The position numbers and the translations under genes were made by a program. DNA of 64,000 bases. It comes from Paecilomyces variotii (Eukaryota). The notes under the pieces are model-generated. The model was not told where the DNA came from and did not search any database. It saw only the letters and a program-made list of their open reading frames with translations. This document shows positions 24,555-36,388 of this stretch, piece after piece; positions within the stretch are counted from its first letter, which is position 1, and each line of letters starts with the position of its first letter. The DNA lies in the NCBI GenBank assembly GCA_004022145.1, contig RCNU01000002.1; one strand, given 5' to 3'.

Positions 24555-27281
24555 TATATTATAATTCTGGTCTGTTTGTGTTTTCTATTACGGATTACTC
24601 AGTGGCGTTTCCTTCATAATTTGGTGATATCGAATACTCGTCTGATGGGCAAATGACTGTTTGGTTTGGAGGGAGTCAAGAACAAGTCTTTTGTACTTTT
24701 CTCTTTTTTCACGAAAGCCGGTTCTTGTAAAGTAGCCATATATCATGTAGCACGAAAAAAATCAGCATCTGTTTCTATAGTTTTTATTCCTCACCTGATA
24801 TATACGTGTAGTGACCATTAACTTGCTGTCTATTGCTGGAGATTGTGAAATTGAGGGGATCTTAGAGAAAGTTAAGCAAATAGGCACATTGATCGACTAA
24901 ACCGGCAAGTGGTTATGCTCCAGATTTTCCAGAGACTGATGAAACAGCATAAGTCCCTGAGAGGCGATCGTTGTTTGGAGTCGCACTGGGTTGTTTCAGC
25001 GCCGGGTAAACAAAAAGGCAAAAGAAACAAGCTCTTTCCTGCGACATTCCAACAGTATGTCCAGGTTCTGGAATACGCAAGCCTGGGAGATCCGGACCAT
25101 CCAACTACTATCCACCTTGATTCGACATCTTTACTTGTATATTATTACAGAGTCTATCAGTTCATGCTGTGGGTCTAAATTAAACGCGGACGATGGGCGG
25201 TTGATAATGGAAGAGCCCCACAGATGCGTCGACAGAGATAGAAAAAGTACGGAGTAGACTACAAAGAGTCTACACTAAAACCGAACCCTTGGACTTGGAG
25301 TCATTTTTACGTCCGGCGTCTCCACAGTGTTATTCAGACTTTTTTTTTTGGCATAGTTACCTAAAAATAGGGTGCATCTACTAGTTACTGCAGTGCTGCA
25401 CTAACTGTAAACCTCTGAGGGTCTAGCGCTCTACGTATTGGACCTGAATGATTCGCGAAATGTAACGTTATGGATTAGTCACGAAGGAAGTCTAGAGGAT
25501 GGAGAAATGAAGTAGACGTTACCATGAGATTTGCCAACTTGGAGTATGTTTACAGTGATCGAGGATCTCAAATTTCCATGTTTATCCAGGGGAAGAATGC
25601 GGTGTATGATCATCCAACGGGCTGAGTCGTATGGGACGAAGCTTGGGCCATTGTTCTCAGAAGCATAAACGATGAAATGTGATCGTCGAAATAGTTACAC
25701 AAAGTCTGCATAGATAGGGGATGTTCCCGGCTGTTAGACGACCCGTGGGGGTGGTCCAGTGAAGCCACCTGATTTTAGACACCTTCTAGAAGAAATCAGT
25801 TCAGCAAGGATCGTGACTACAGAGCAGGGATAAAGTGATGCTCCTGTTTCCGATGAACTGCGAACTACGCCGTGATCCACTGCTCGATCATCCATAAATA
25901 GCTACTCGACGGCAGACTAGTGAAGCTGATCCACAATATATCGCAGGACATAATTAGTAGTTGACCCTGCTTGTCGGTATTGTCCACGTCGTCCCTACAT
26001 AGGAGAGCGGGAAGTTCTTCGATCGTGGCTGAACTGAGGGGCCGATAGAAGATCCATCATAGGGCTAGTGTTGGACTTATGGCAGATTAGATGAACCCAA
26101 TTAGTGGTTCAACTGGCTAGTACGAATAAATTCTCCCAAAGAGGTTGGTCGCATCTTCCTCCTGATGGTGAAAGCCCACATGCGGTGTAGTCTAAATGCC
26201 ATGATGCATTGATAGCCTTTTAAAAGCATGACATTCCAATCCTAGAGTGTGGAGTATCCTTATTCTAGAGGGCGATTTACTTTTTAACGAAGGCACCGTA
26301 AAAAAGAGTAGCTGGAATAGAACCCCTGAACAAAAAGGATAGCGTGGAACTAGATATGCATGTTTCGAGGTAGGGCCAGGCAAGCGATAAGACAGTGTCC
26401 TTTTCTCATGAAGAAACATTTTGCGTAAGTTAGCCATGCATTGTATTTGTAATTAATACGCAGTGTATTGACTGAAGTTGTTCAACACGGCACATCGCGA
26501 TAGAATTTGCCGACACACGGTGGCGTAGTAGCTCGAGCTATCTTAGGAATATGGCAGCGCCATGACCTCACAGGGTCCTACACTATGATATTCCCTGTGA
26601 GGAGTATGGGGTAGATAGCGTACATCGATACAGAGGAAAAAAATTATATACAGAAAGCCCCCCTGAACGTGCCGTGGCGGATCAGCACAACGGACGAAAC
26701 GGACTCCTGCTTGTATCAACGCTTGTATTTGCCAGATTATCAATAATATAGATAGCTTCAAAGTGAAAACCTGCCGCCCTGTAGAATTCGAGCAAATGCT
26801 TTTGCCGCATAAGAACGACGGAAATTAAGAGATACGCGTTACCAGCCCCCAGGTATCTACGCATGAATCTACCAGGGTTAACGGAGATTGGGAACGTAAC
26901 ACAGACAACATTTGAGTCAATGCGTAGTCTCGCCGTGTCTTTTAGGCTGCTGCCTGTCCCTCCGCTTCCATCTACATAGGTATCCAGAAAATTCTGTGAA
27001 TCGATCGCTATTTGATACAGCGACTATCTATTCTAGTTCCCGTGTTTGGGCGGGTCGATCTTTCTACAGAGACATCCAGTCCTCGGTACCATCTAACCAA
27101 GATATACCTACAATGATGATCAAAACGCACAAAGAGAAGAAAAGATTTGTCATATTGCCTTGATGCAATAGCGAGCCATGTCCCAAACAGACTGTCGTAC
27201 TCGTATCGAAGATACAGGATTTACGTATTATTACCGCCCCTTATACCGATGTTTGAGGCGCCAAGTACGGTACGGTGGGTT

Positions 27282-27637
27282 GGTCGCGAGGTCGCGAGGC
27301 GGCGTCTCGCGAGGTGGCGAGATTTTTGTTACCAGTAGATTACTAGTAAATTACTATTTTATATTAGAATTATACTAATATATACTAATAAAGATTAAAA
27401 TCTAAAATTTTTAAATCTCGCGGGGTAGTAAATATAGGTAAATCTTATCTCGCGGGGTGGTAAGATTGTAATTGCTGTATTTTATACTAAATATTATTAG
27501 TTTTATTAGTAAAGTTTAATTACTATTAAAACAGCTTAGTTATAAATTACTATTATACCGCCCTATAAGACTATATAAATAACTATTAGATCTGTATTAA
27601 AATTAAGCAAATATAGGCTATTAATTTTAGCTAATCT
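27282..27637 (+). repeat. Left terminal inverted repeat of the large transposon
   Basis: GGTCGCGAGGTCGCGAGG...GCAAATATAGGCTATTAATTTT is the reverse complement of ~36034-36388, differing mostly by C>T/G>A transitions. Confidence 0.9.
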
Positions 27638-27806
27638 ACTAGTATATACTGGTAGATTTTAAAATCTATAGATACAAGAGATTAAATATTATTAAAGGCA
27701 AAAGATAAAAGAGAGTTAGTAAGTAATATCTCCTAGAATATACTAGGTATTACTAGTTACTAACTATAATAACTAATTAGAAATATTTAAGATAAATTAT
27801 AAACTT

Positions 27807-27815
27807 TTAAAATTA

Positions 27816-27857
<42 letters not shown>

Positions 27858-27866
27858 TAATTTTAA
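27807..27866. repeat. (TA)n microsatellite inside a perfect 60-bp AT palindrome
   Basis: TTAAAATTATAATT-(AT)16-AATTATAATTTTAA. Confidence 0.85.
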
Positions 27867-28669
27867 TTTAAATATTCTATTTTAATTTATTTTAATATAA
27901 ACTAAATATTACTAATATAACTATTAACTAATATATTTATATAGCTCAATCATTTTTTAGAGATATTATAATTTACTGAAATATAGTAGTTATTATTATA
28001 ATCTAGCAGTTAGGACCAGTAATTATTATAGTAAGCTCACGGGAAATAATTAGCCTGATAGAAGAGTTCCTATACTAAGCTTAGTAAGCTAAGGGTTTAT
28101 ATAAATAATACAAATATTTTAATAAGTAAAAAATTTAAATATACTAAAAAAACTTCTAAAACCTTTTTATCTTTAGATATTATTTTTCTTTAGCTATTAA
28201 TAGTCTTATTAAGACTATTATAGCTTTAGATCTATCTTAAAGACTCCTAAAAGTTATAAAATCTAATAATATTTTTAACTAGAATTAAAAAGATGATTAT
28301 TTAGTTTATTCTACTAAAACTCCTAATATCTTAGAGATATTAAATAAATTCAAGCAGAAGCCTTAGGATAAAGACTCTAATAATAAAGATTTTTTAAATA
28401 TAGTATATTAATTACTATTATATACTAATCTTTACTATAATAATGTTTATATTACTAATATTATATTATAATATTAGATTAATAACTAACCTACTACTAA
28501 TATATTTAGTAGAGAATTTAATAACTAATTATTAAATCTAGAGGAGTTATATCCAATCTCTACTAATAATTTATTGGAGATATTATTTTTTTCTAGATTA
28601 ACCAATATTAAACTAGGCATAAAACCGCTTTTTAATATTTTTAGTTAAGCTAAATACCTCTAATATTCT

Positions 28670-31600
28670 TAGATAATACTAGAATATTTTAGTACTCATC
28701 TTAAAGGTGTTGCTTATTATATAAATATTAATAACCTAATATAATCTATAATTAATAACTATTATAGTTAGGTAAATATTAATCTATATTAATAGCGGTT
28801 ATAAGAGTATTAATATATATTAGGTTTAATATAGTAAAGGTTTAAGAATAACTAGCAGCAGTAAGACGAAAGTAATTATATATATATTATTTCTTAATAA
28901 TACTGAATATATTATTAAGAAATAGCAATGTTCTAGTATTTATTGTTGTCTATATATATTAGAATATATTCAGACTCTTAATTATACTAAAGCTTCTAAA
29001 AGTATTTAGTTACAACTAGTATTTAATTAATATAACTAAGAAAATATTATTAATAACTAAACAGATCAGTAATAATTAAAAGAAACTAGCAATTAATTCT
29101 ATAATTCTGGGATTTACTAATAAGACTATAGATATCTTAATTCCTGCTATAATAAAGGCTTAAAACTTAGATATAATTATATAAAGGTAAGTACTAATTT
29201 TAATTAGTATAATCTAATATATTAGTAATATAATTACTACTAGGACTTAATACTAATAATAAATCTTATTAGGATCTATACTGGCTTAGGTATAACTAAT
29301 AATTCCTATCTAATAATGCACAGCATTATTTCCAGTATCTTCTAAGAACACTAAACTTTAACTATATTTACTTGTATAAGTTATATAATTTATAAACTAG
29401 TAATTCTAATCCTACCAATACTATTAGTTATACTAGTATCTCTACTAATACTACTTTAATAATAAACCTATAAATCTACAGTTTAGTTAAATTAGTATAA
29501 GTTTATAGTAAATATTATAGTAAAGAAAATTTTTAATCCCTATTAAAATTAACTGGATATAATTGCTAATATTAAGTACTATTATATTACTAGCTTATTA
29601 TAGCGTATTTAGTCCGATTCAAACAGTTCCATATAATGTTCAATTTTTATATATCACACCTAAAGACTATTAGCAAGTACTATTTATACTGTTTATTAGT
29701 TTTAGAACTTATTAATATCTACCACCTCCTATAGTAAAGGTACCCCATAATATCTAGAATAATATTACTAAAATTATTTAAAAAACTAATACTCAGGGGC
29801 TTACTATTAGTATATTTTAAGATATATTAATAACCCCTAATAATTACTAATAAAATATACTATATACTAACAACTATTAATACTAGGTTAATTTATATAA
29901 AATAATAATCTCTAACAATACCTAAAAAAGAATAATATAACTAGGCTTTCTTAGATCTACCCAGCTTTAAACAATTAGGATATTATATATTAGATAATAT
30001 ACAAAGAAAAGCTATTAAGGAATTTATTTAGCGAGAGCTATAATAGTAAGTATAAGCTATAATTATTAATATATACTAGTAGATATTAATATATCTTATA
30101 ATATAGCAGTTCTCTTTTAGTTCCTAATAAAAACCTAAAATTTACAAAGTTATAAATATATTTGTGATATATATAATAATAGGGTAAATATTTATATTAT
30201 TTGCTTTTCTTAAGAATAATCAGTTGCTTTTAATAAATAATATTCTTTTTAAGTTAATATAACTTATAAACGCACTAATAATAGCTTTAATAAAGTTATT
30301 TTTATAATTATACCAGAAATAGTTAGTAATAATATATACTATTATATACTAATTATTACTAAGTATACTTAATACTAACTAAGCCTATTTATTACTTTAG
30401 CAGTTATCCTTATTTAAGTTTTTATAAATAAAGACTTAATAATAATATATATAAAGCTATTTAAAAAGATTTTCTCTTTTTTAGCTGCTATTAGTAATAG
30501 TAGTAGCTACTAGTTCAACTAATAGCATATTAATAGCTCCAGGATATAAACAATAATCACTAATATATATTATAAATAAGCTGCTAATAAGTATTATAAT
30601 AATTGGTTTTAGCAATATATATACTAGTATAGTACTAATATTTACTAGGCCTTAGTTAATACTTATATAGTATTAATAATACCTGATCTTAGCAAGAGTA
30701 TATAATATATACTACTATATTCTATTTAATTCACTATTTCTGAGATATACATTAAAAATATCGGAGCTTTAATATATACTAGCTTATATATTAGTTAGTT
30801 TCAGAAATAACTAAAAGCAACTATAATTAAATTTTATAGACTTTATATAATTATAATAACTGGGATATCTAAATATAGGTTAAATATAAGGAGATTCTTT
30901 AGATCCTATCTGGTCTAAACGCTAATTACTCTTAAATGCCTTTAATTATATTTAATACCTACTAAAAGAATTTAAATGCAGTTGAAGCAATATATTATCG
31001 GGACTAAGTCTTGACTAATATTAGAATTTTATTACTTAATGCTATTATTTAATAGGTAATATAACCTATTAGATAAAACTATTACTAATTAGGTCTATAG
31101 AACATAAGATATTAATAACTAAGCTATTTATAGAATTAACTAGTATCTTAAAACTAGTGTAAGACCTGCTTTAAATTTATCTATATCTCTAAGGCATGCT
31201 GCATATTCAGAATTAACTAGTATAAGCTACACTACTAATATCAACTGGTAAGTAATAAAACCTATTATATGGTTAATTATATAGAGACTATTATTATATA
31301 TAAAATACTAATAAAATATAATTATATCTGGTATTGCTAGCCTAATTAATCTTATAGATAGCCTAGACCCTCCAGTGGCAACTCAGGCTATTTAATCTAT
31401 ATTAAATAGATTCAACTCTAGTAGTATTACTAATAAAAAAAAGCAAATTTAGCAGGTTATAACTATAGACCCTATTATATCGCCTATACCTAACTAGAAA
31501 AGATCTAGAAAATTAGTAAATAAGAACTTAATACTAATAGTAACTAGAACTACTAGACCTACTGATACTTAGCTTTAAGAGATTACCCTCTTTAGAGACT

Positions 31601-31800
31601 AGTAGTCAGTTAAAAAATATTAGGGTACCTAGTAATATTATAGCTTATACTAATAAACCAGCTACTACTAATAATACTAATATAATTAATAATAATAATC
31701 TAGTATTTAATAGAGAGCTTACCGCTCTTTAAAATAATATTAATTGCCAGATATTAGAACTTTAAAAGAAGTATAATAAGATATAAGCAAGGATAATAGA
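28670..31800 (+). pseudogene. RIP-inactivated, intron-containing MULE-type DDE transposase (boundaries approximate)
   Basis: Reversing C>T/G>A changes: 30241 YSF*VNITYKRT...NKVI becomes SFQVDMTYKRT...NEVI; ~30511-30585 becomes QFNWQHIDGSGIQTMITDMCHKQAA; 30711 TTIFYLIHYF* becomes IFCLIHYFR (CxxH); ~30903-31000 ILSGLNANYS*MP...NAVEA. The order D...D...CxxH...E matches Mutator-type transposases. Confidence 0.7.
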
Positions 31801-32005
31801 ATTTAGTTTCAAGTTTTGTCATTTAGTATTACTAAAAGATATTAGTAAGTTAAATATTATTAGTTAATACTAATATATTAGTCTATTAAAAAGAGATATA
31901 TTATAAAATCAGTTTATTAAACTAGAACTACTAATATAAACTATACTAGATTACTAGTTACTAGAAAACTAGATAGTATTAAATTCTAAGTCTGAATTGC
32001 AACTA

Positions 32006-34128
32006 CTGGACCTAATTATCTAATATATAGTCCTACCTAATATATAATTTTTCTTAAGGAATTTAGAATTTTAAAATATAAATATCTTTATAATTAGTAG
32101 ATTAAATATTTAAATATTTAAATAAGATATTCTAAACCCTTAAAAATATAATATATATAATTTTTTATAAAAAATATGATATTAAAATAATTAAAATCTA
32201 TTATTATATTAATAATATTTAAAAATTATTTATTTATTTAATCTTTAATAAATTAATTATTTTTATTTTATTTTATTAATTAATATATTTAAATAATTTT
32301 AAACTTAGTTATTTAATATATAATTTTATTTACACTTTTACTAAAATTTTAAAAAATATTTAAATATAAATATTTATTAATAAATAAATTAAATTATTCA
32401 AATATTTACAGAAATAAAATTATTAGTTTTATCTTTAAAGACTTTATAATATAAAATAGAATTTTTTAGAGATATAAATATTTTAAGATTAAATTATATA
32501 TCTTTTTATAATTAACATAAAAAAATTAATTTTAATAGATAATATATTAATTAAAAGAAATTATTAATAATTGTTTGAAAGTAGAGAGCTTTATATATTT
32601 TAACAGATATTTTAATATTATAATAATTTCGATACAAATAAAGCTTAGAAAGATATTTTAAATTATTTATAACTATATTATATATATTATTAAAATTAAT
32701 AAAATATAGGATTTTAAATAATAAAAAAAATTCTAAACTCTATCTTTGATATTAAAAAAAATAAATAAATAATTTAAAAGTAAGCTTAAAATTAAATTAA
32801 AATTAATTTTTTTAACAATAATATAAACTTAAAAAAGAAAAATAATATAAATTTTAACTTTATTAAATCTATTATATAATTAATATATATTCTTTATAAA
32901 TTAAAACTTAAAGAAATTAATTATAATTATTAAATAATAATAATATTAAATAATATTTTAAATTAATTAAAAAGGAATATATTAAAGAATTATTTTAATA
33001 TTAAATCTATTAAATCGATTTATAATAGTTTTAATAATTAAATTTAAATATTATATTATTTTACAGTTTATTCTAATTATTTTATTTATTTTATTTAAAT
33101 ATATTATATATTAGAAAAAATTTATTTTTTTTTAAAAAATTTTAAAATATTAAATTAAACCTTTATTATAATAAAGTTTATTTAAGAATTTAATTAAAAT
33201 AAATTAATTATTTTAATAATAATTAATATAAGATTAAAATCTTTAATTTATTTATTAATTTAAAATATATAACTTTTAATTTAATTATTAATAAAAATTA
33301 GAATTTATTTTTAAAATTTAAAAAATAGTTTTTAATTATTCTTTAATAATAGACTTTATAAAAAATATTATTAATTTAAGAATTAATAATATATTTAATA
33401 TTATTTTAAAACTATTTATTAATAATTTTTTAATATTATTAATTTAAAAGTTATTTTTATATATTAATTTATAATATTAATACTTTTAATATAATATAAT
33501 ATATATTTTTATTATTTAATTATAATAATATTTAACTTCTTTTAAAAACTATAATAAATTATAATATAATATTTAAATTTAAAATATTAATAATATTATA
33601 AAATATAATATTATTATATTTTAAAGTTTAAAGATAAAAAAAGAAGTTTTTCTTATAATTATTTTATATTTTTTCTTATATATAAATTATTTTATAAGTT
33701 AAAAATATTAAAAATTACTTTAAATTTAAGCTAAAAAATAAATTAAAATTTTATTAAAAAACTTAATTAAATAATAAAAGAATTAAGAATTAAATAATTT
33801 TAAAATAATATTAAATAAGTTTATTAAAATTATAAAAAGATTTATAAATATTTTATTTATTTAAAAATTATAAAAATATTAATTTATTAAAAATTAAAAT
33901 AAAAAAAATTTAAATATTATTAAATATAATAATAGATTTAATTATTTTAATATTATTATTATTCTATAAAAATTATATATATTCTTATTTTTAGGGATTT
34001 AGAATACTCTACTTAAATATCTAATTATTTACTCTACTAATTATTAAGATATTTATATTTTAAAGTTTTTAATTCCTTAGGGAAAATTATATATTAGGTA
34101 GGACTATATACTAGATAATTAGGTCTAG
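32006..34128. mobile_element. Nested ~2.1 kb TIR element flanked by TA (Tc1/mariner-pogo-like), extremely RIP-depleted
   Basis: TA|CTGGACCTAATTATCTAATATATAGTCCTACC at 32004 and GGTAGGACTATATACTAGATAATTAGGTCTAG|TA ending 34130. ~170-bp inverted repeats. The interior is almost free of C/G. Confidence 0.75.
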
Positions 34129-34249
34129 TAATAATAGAGATATTTTAAGCAGTATATTAGTAAATTTATTAGCTACTAAAAGAGACCAGTATTAATCTAT
34201 TATAGTCTACCTAATTACCTTTATAAAAAACTAGTATTAACTAGTACTA

Positions 34250-35460
34250 ACTAATATTAAGCAGCACTAACCTATTGCCCAGTTATAATTAATTGCTTAT
34301 ACCTTCACCTTTCCTTTGTTTTTATCCTTAGTATTATTAGCCCCACTAATAGTATTAGTAATATTACTCTTATTAATAATAATAGGATTATTTTAAATCT
34401 TATAAGGTAAGTAATAGCTATTAGTAAGATTAGTAACAATTAATATATCTTAAAATATTAATACTCATTAGGAATAACTGTAATTGATCTTATTACAGGC
34501 CTTATATTTCTTATTTATATATAATTTATAAGGACTAGTTATATTAGTAAATACTAATACTAACTAAGGAAATAATATATACTAGTAGAACTATTATATA
34601 CCTAATAATTATCTTAGGGGATTTTAATCTAATAAAGTTATTAGAGGAATCCTCTCCTTTAGAATTAGTTTCTACTATTTTAAGTTTACTACTACTATTA
34701 AATACTAGTATTATAAAGTATATTTTAATAACTATACTTACTAATTACCTTTACCCTTTTTTTTATCTAAAACTCTCAGGCCCTTAAAAAGATTAATATA
34801 TTTAAATCCCTATTAGTACTACCAGTTAATATTAGTAGAAAATTAACTAAATAAGTATACTTATAATATAAGATATCTTAATATATTTATAAATAATAGA
34901 ACCTAAACCCTAAATTAACTAGTTTATTCTAGTAGGACCAGTTAGTATTAATACTAACTGGGCAATTATATAACCAATTAATATATATAGCTTATAGATA
35001 TAATATAAATAATATTTTATATACTTCAGTATCTCCTAGTAGCTATTAGTATTTTTAAATATAATCAATAAGGATTAGACATAAATACTTATAATCTTAC
35101 CTTTATATAGCTACTTTTTCTTCTTATAATAGGCATAATTATAAATTTTTTTCTTCCTATAATTAATCAGAATAGTACTATTAATAAATACTAATATATA
35201 ATAGATATATATGATTTTGCTGCTCTTAGACAGGGTAGCCTCCTAGGCATTAGAATTATTAGTTAAACTAATAGTATTAATAATATAACTGCCGCCAGTA
35301 GGGCTGGTAGGAGCAGTATAATTAATTATATTAATAAGATTAGTGGTAATAGTAATAATACTAGTAATATCATTACTAGCATTAGTAATAGTATTACCAG
35401 TTAGACTAGTAGGGGTCGCTATTATACTAGTTAGTAGACTGTATCTACCTAATCTACTAA
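34250..35460 (-). pseudogene. RIP-degraded second ORF of the large transposon, convergent with the transposase, apparently Cys-rich (boundaries approximate)
   Basis: Minus-strand frame 35239-35102 reads ATLSKSSKIIYIYYILVFINSTILINYRKKKIYNYAYYKKKK*LYK, followed by a GTAAG donor at 35100. TAT>TGT reversion yields CxxC...C...CAYC...C. Confidence 0.4.
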
Positions 35461-35878
35461 TCGCTATCTGTTAGTAATTAGTACTTACTAAACATAACTA
35501 ATATAACTAGAAATATATAAAAAATAGTAAGAAATAGGAGTAACCAATATTAGCTTTTAAGCCTAATTATTAATCGCAGTCGCAACTGCCAAATCTAACT
35601 ATTACTTTCCTATTCCCTATAAGCTCAAACTAAGGGATATAAGGTTTAAAAGAGATAGAATTAGAATAATAATAAACTCAGTATATCTAGACACTTTTAT
35701 TAGAGATTAAAAACAAGATTAACTAGGACTTACCTATCTGAAGATAATTAATAAAGGGAAGAAATCAAAAGGGATTAATTAAATATGATTTTTTTTTATA
35801 GGCTGAGTAAATAATATACTAGCCTAATTTAGAAATATAAATATCTACCAGAGTAAATCTAATATTGCCTAGTCTACT

Positions 35879-35976
35879 AGTCAGATATAGCCTATAAATA
35901 TACCAGTTATATATAGCCTGCCACCAGTATACTAGTTAGATATAGCCCACTACTAAAATATAAGTCAGATATTGCC
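35879..35976 (+). repeat. Four 14-bp subterminal direct repeats (consensus AGTCAGATATAGCC)
   Basis: Copies at 35879, 35905, 35934 and 35963, just inside the right TIR. Confidence 0.7.
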
Positions 35977-36033
35977 TGGTATATTAACTGCGACTATCTT
36001 ATACTAGTATATTTTAGTAGACTAGTTTACTAA

Positions 36034-36388
36034 GATCAATTAAAATTAATAGCCTATATTTGCTTAATTTTAATACAGATCTAATAGTTATTTACACAGT
36101 CTCGCGGGGCAATATAATAATAATTTATAACTAAGCTGTTTTAATAGTAATTAAACTTTACTAGTAAAACTAATAATATTTAGTATAAAATACAGCAATT
36201 ACAATCTTACCATCCTATAAGATAAGATTTACCTGTACTTACCACCCCGCGAGATTTAAAAATTTTAGATTTTAATCTTTATTAGTATATATTAGTATAA
36301 TTTTAATATAAAATAGTAATTTACTAGTAATCTACTGGTAACAAAAACCTCGCCACCTCGCGAGACGCCACCTCGCGACCTCGCGACC
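36034..36388 (-). repeat. Right terminal inverted repeat of the large transposon
   Basis: Ends CCTCGCCACCTCGCGAGACGCCACCTCGCGACCTCGCGACC, the mirror of 27282-27637. Confidence 0.9.
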
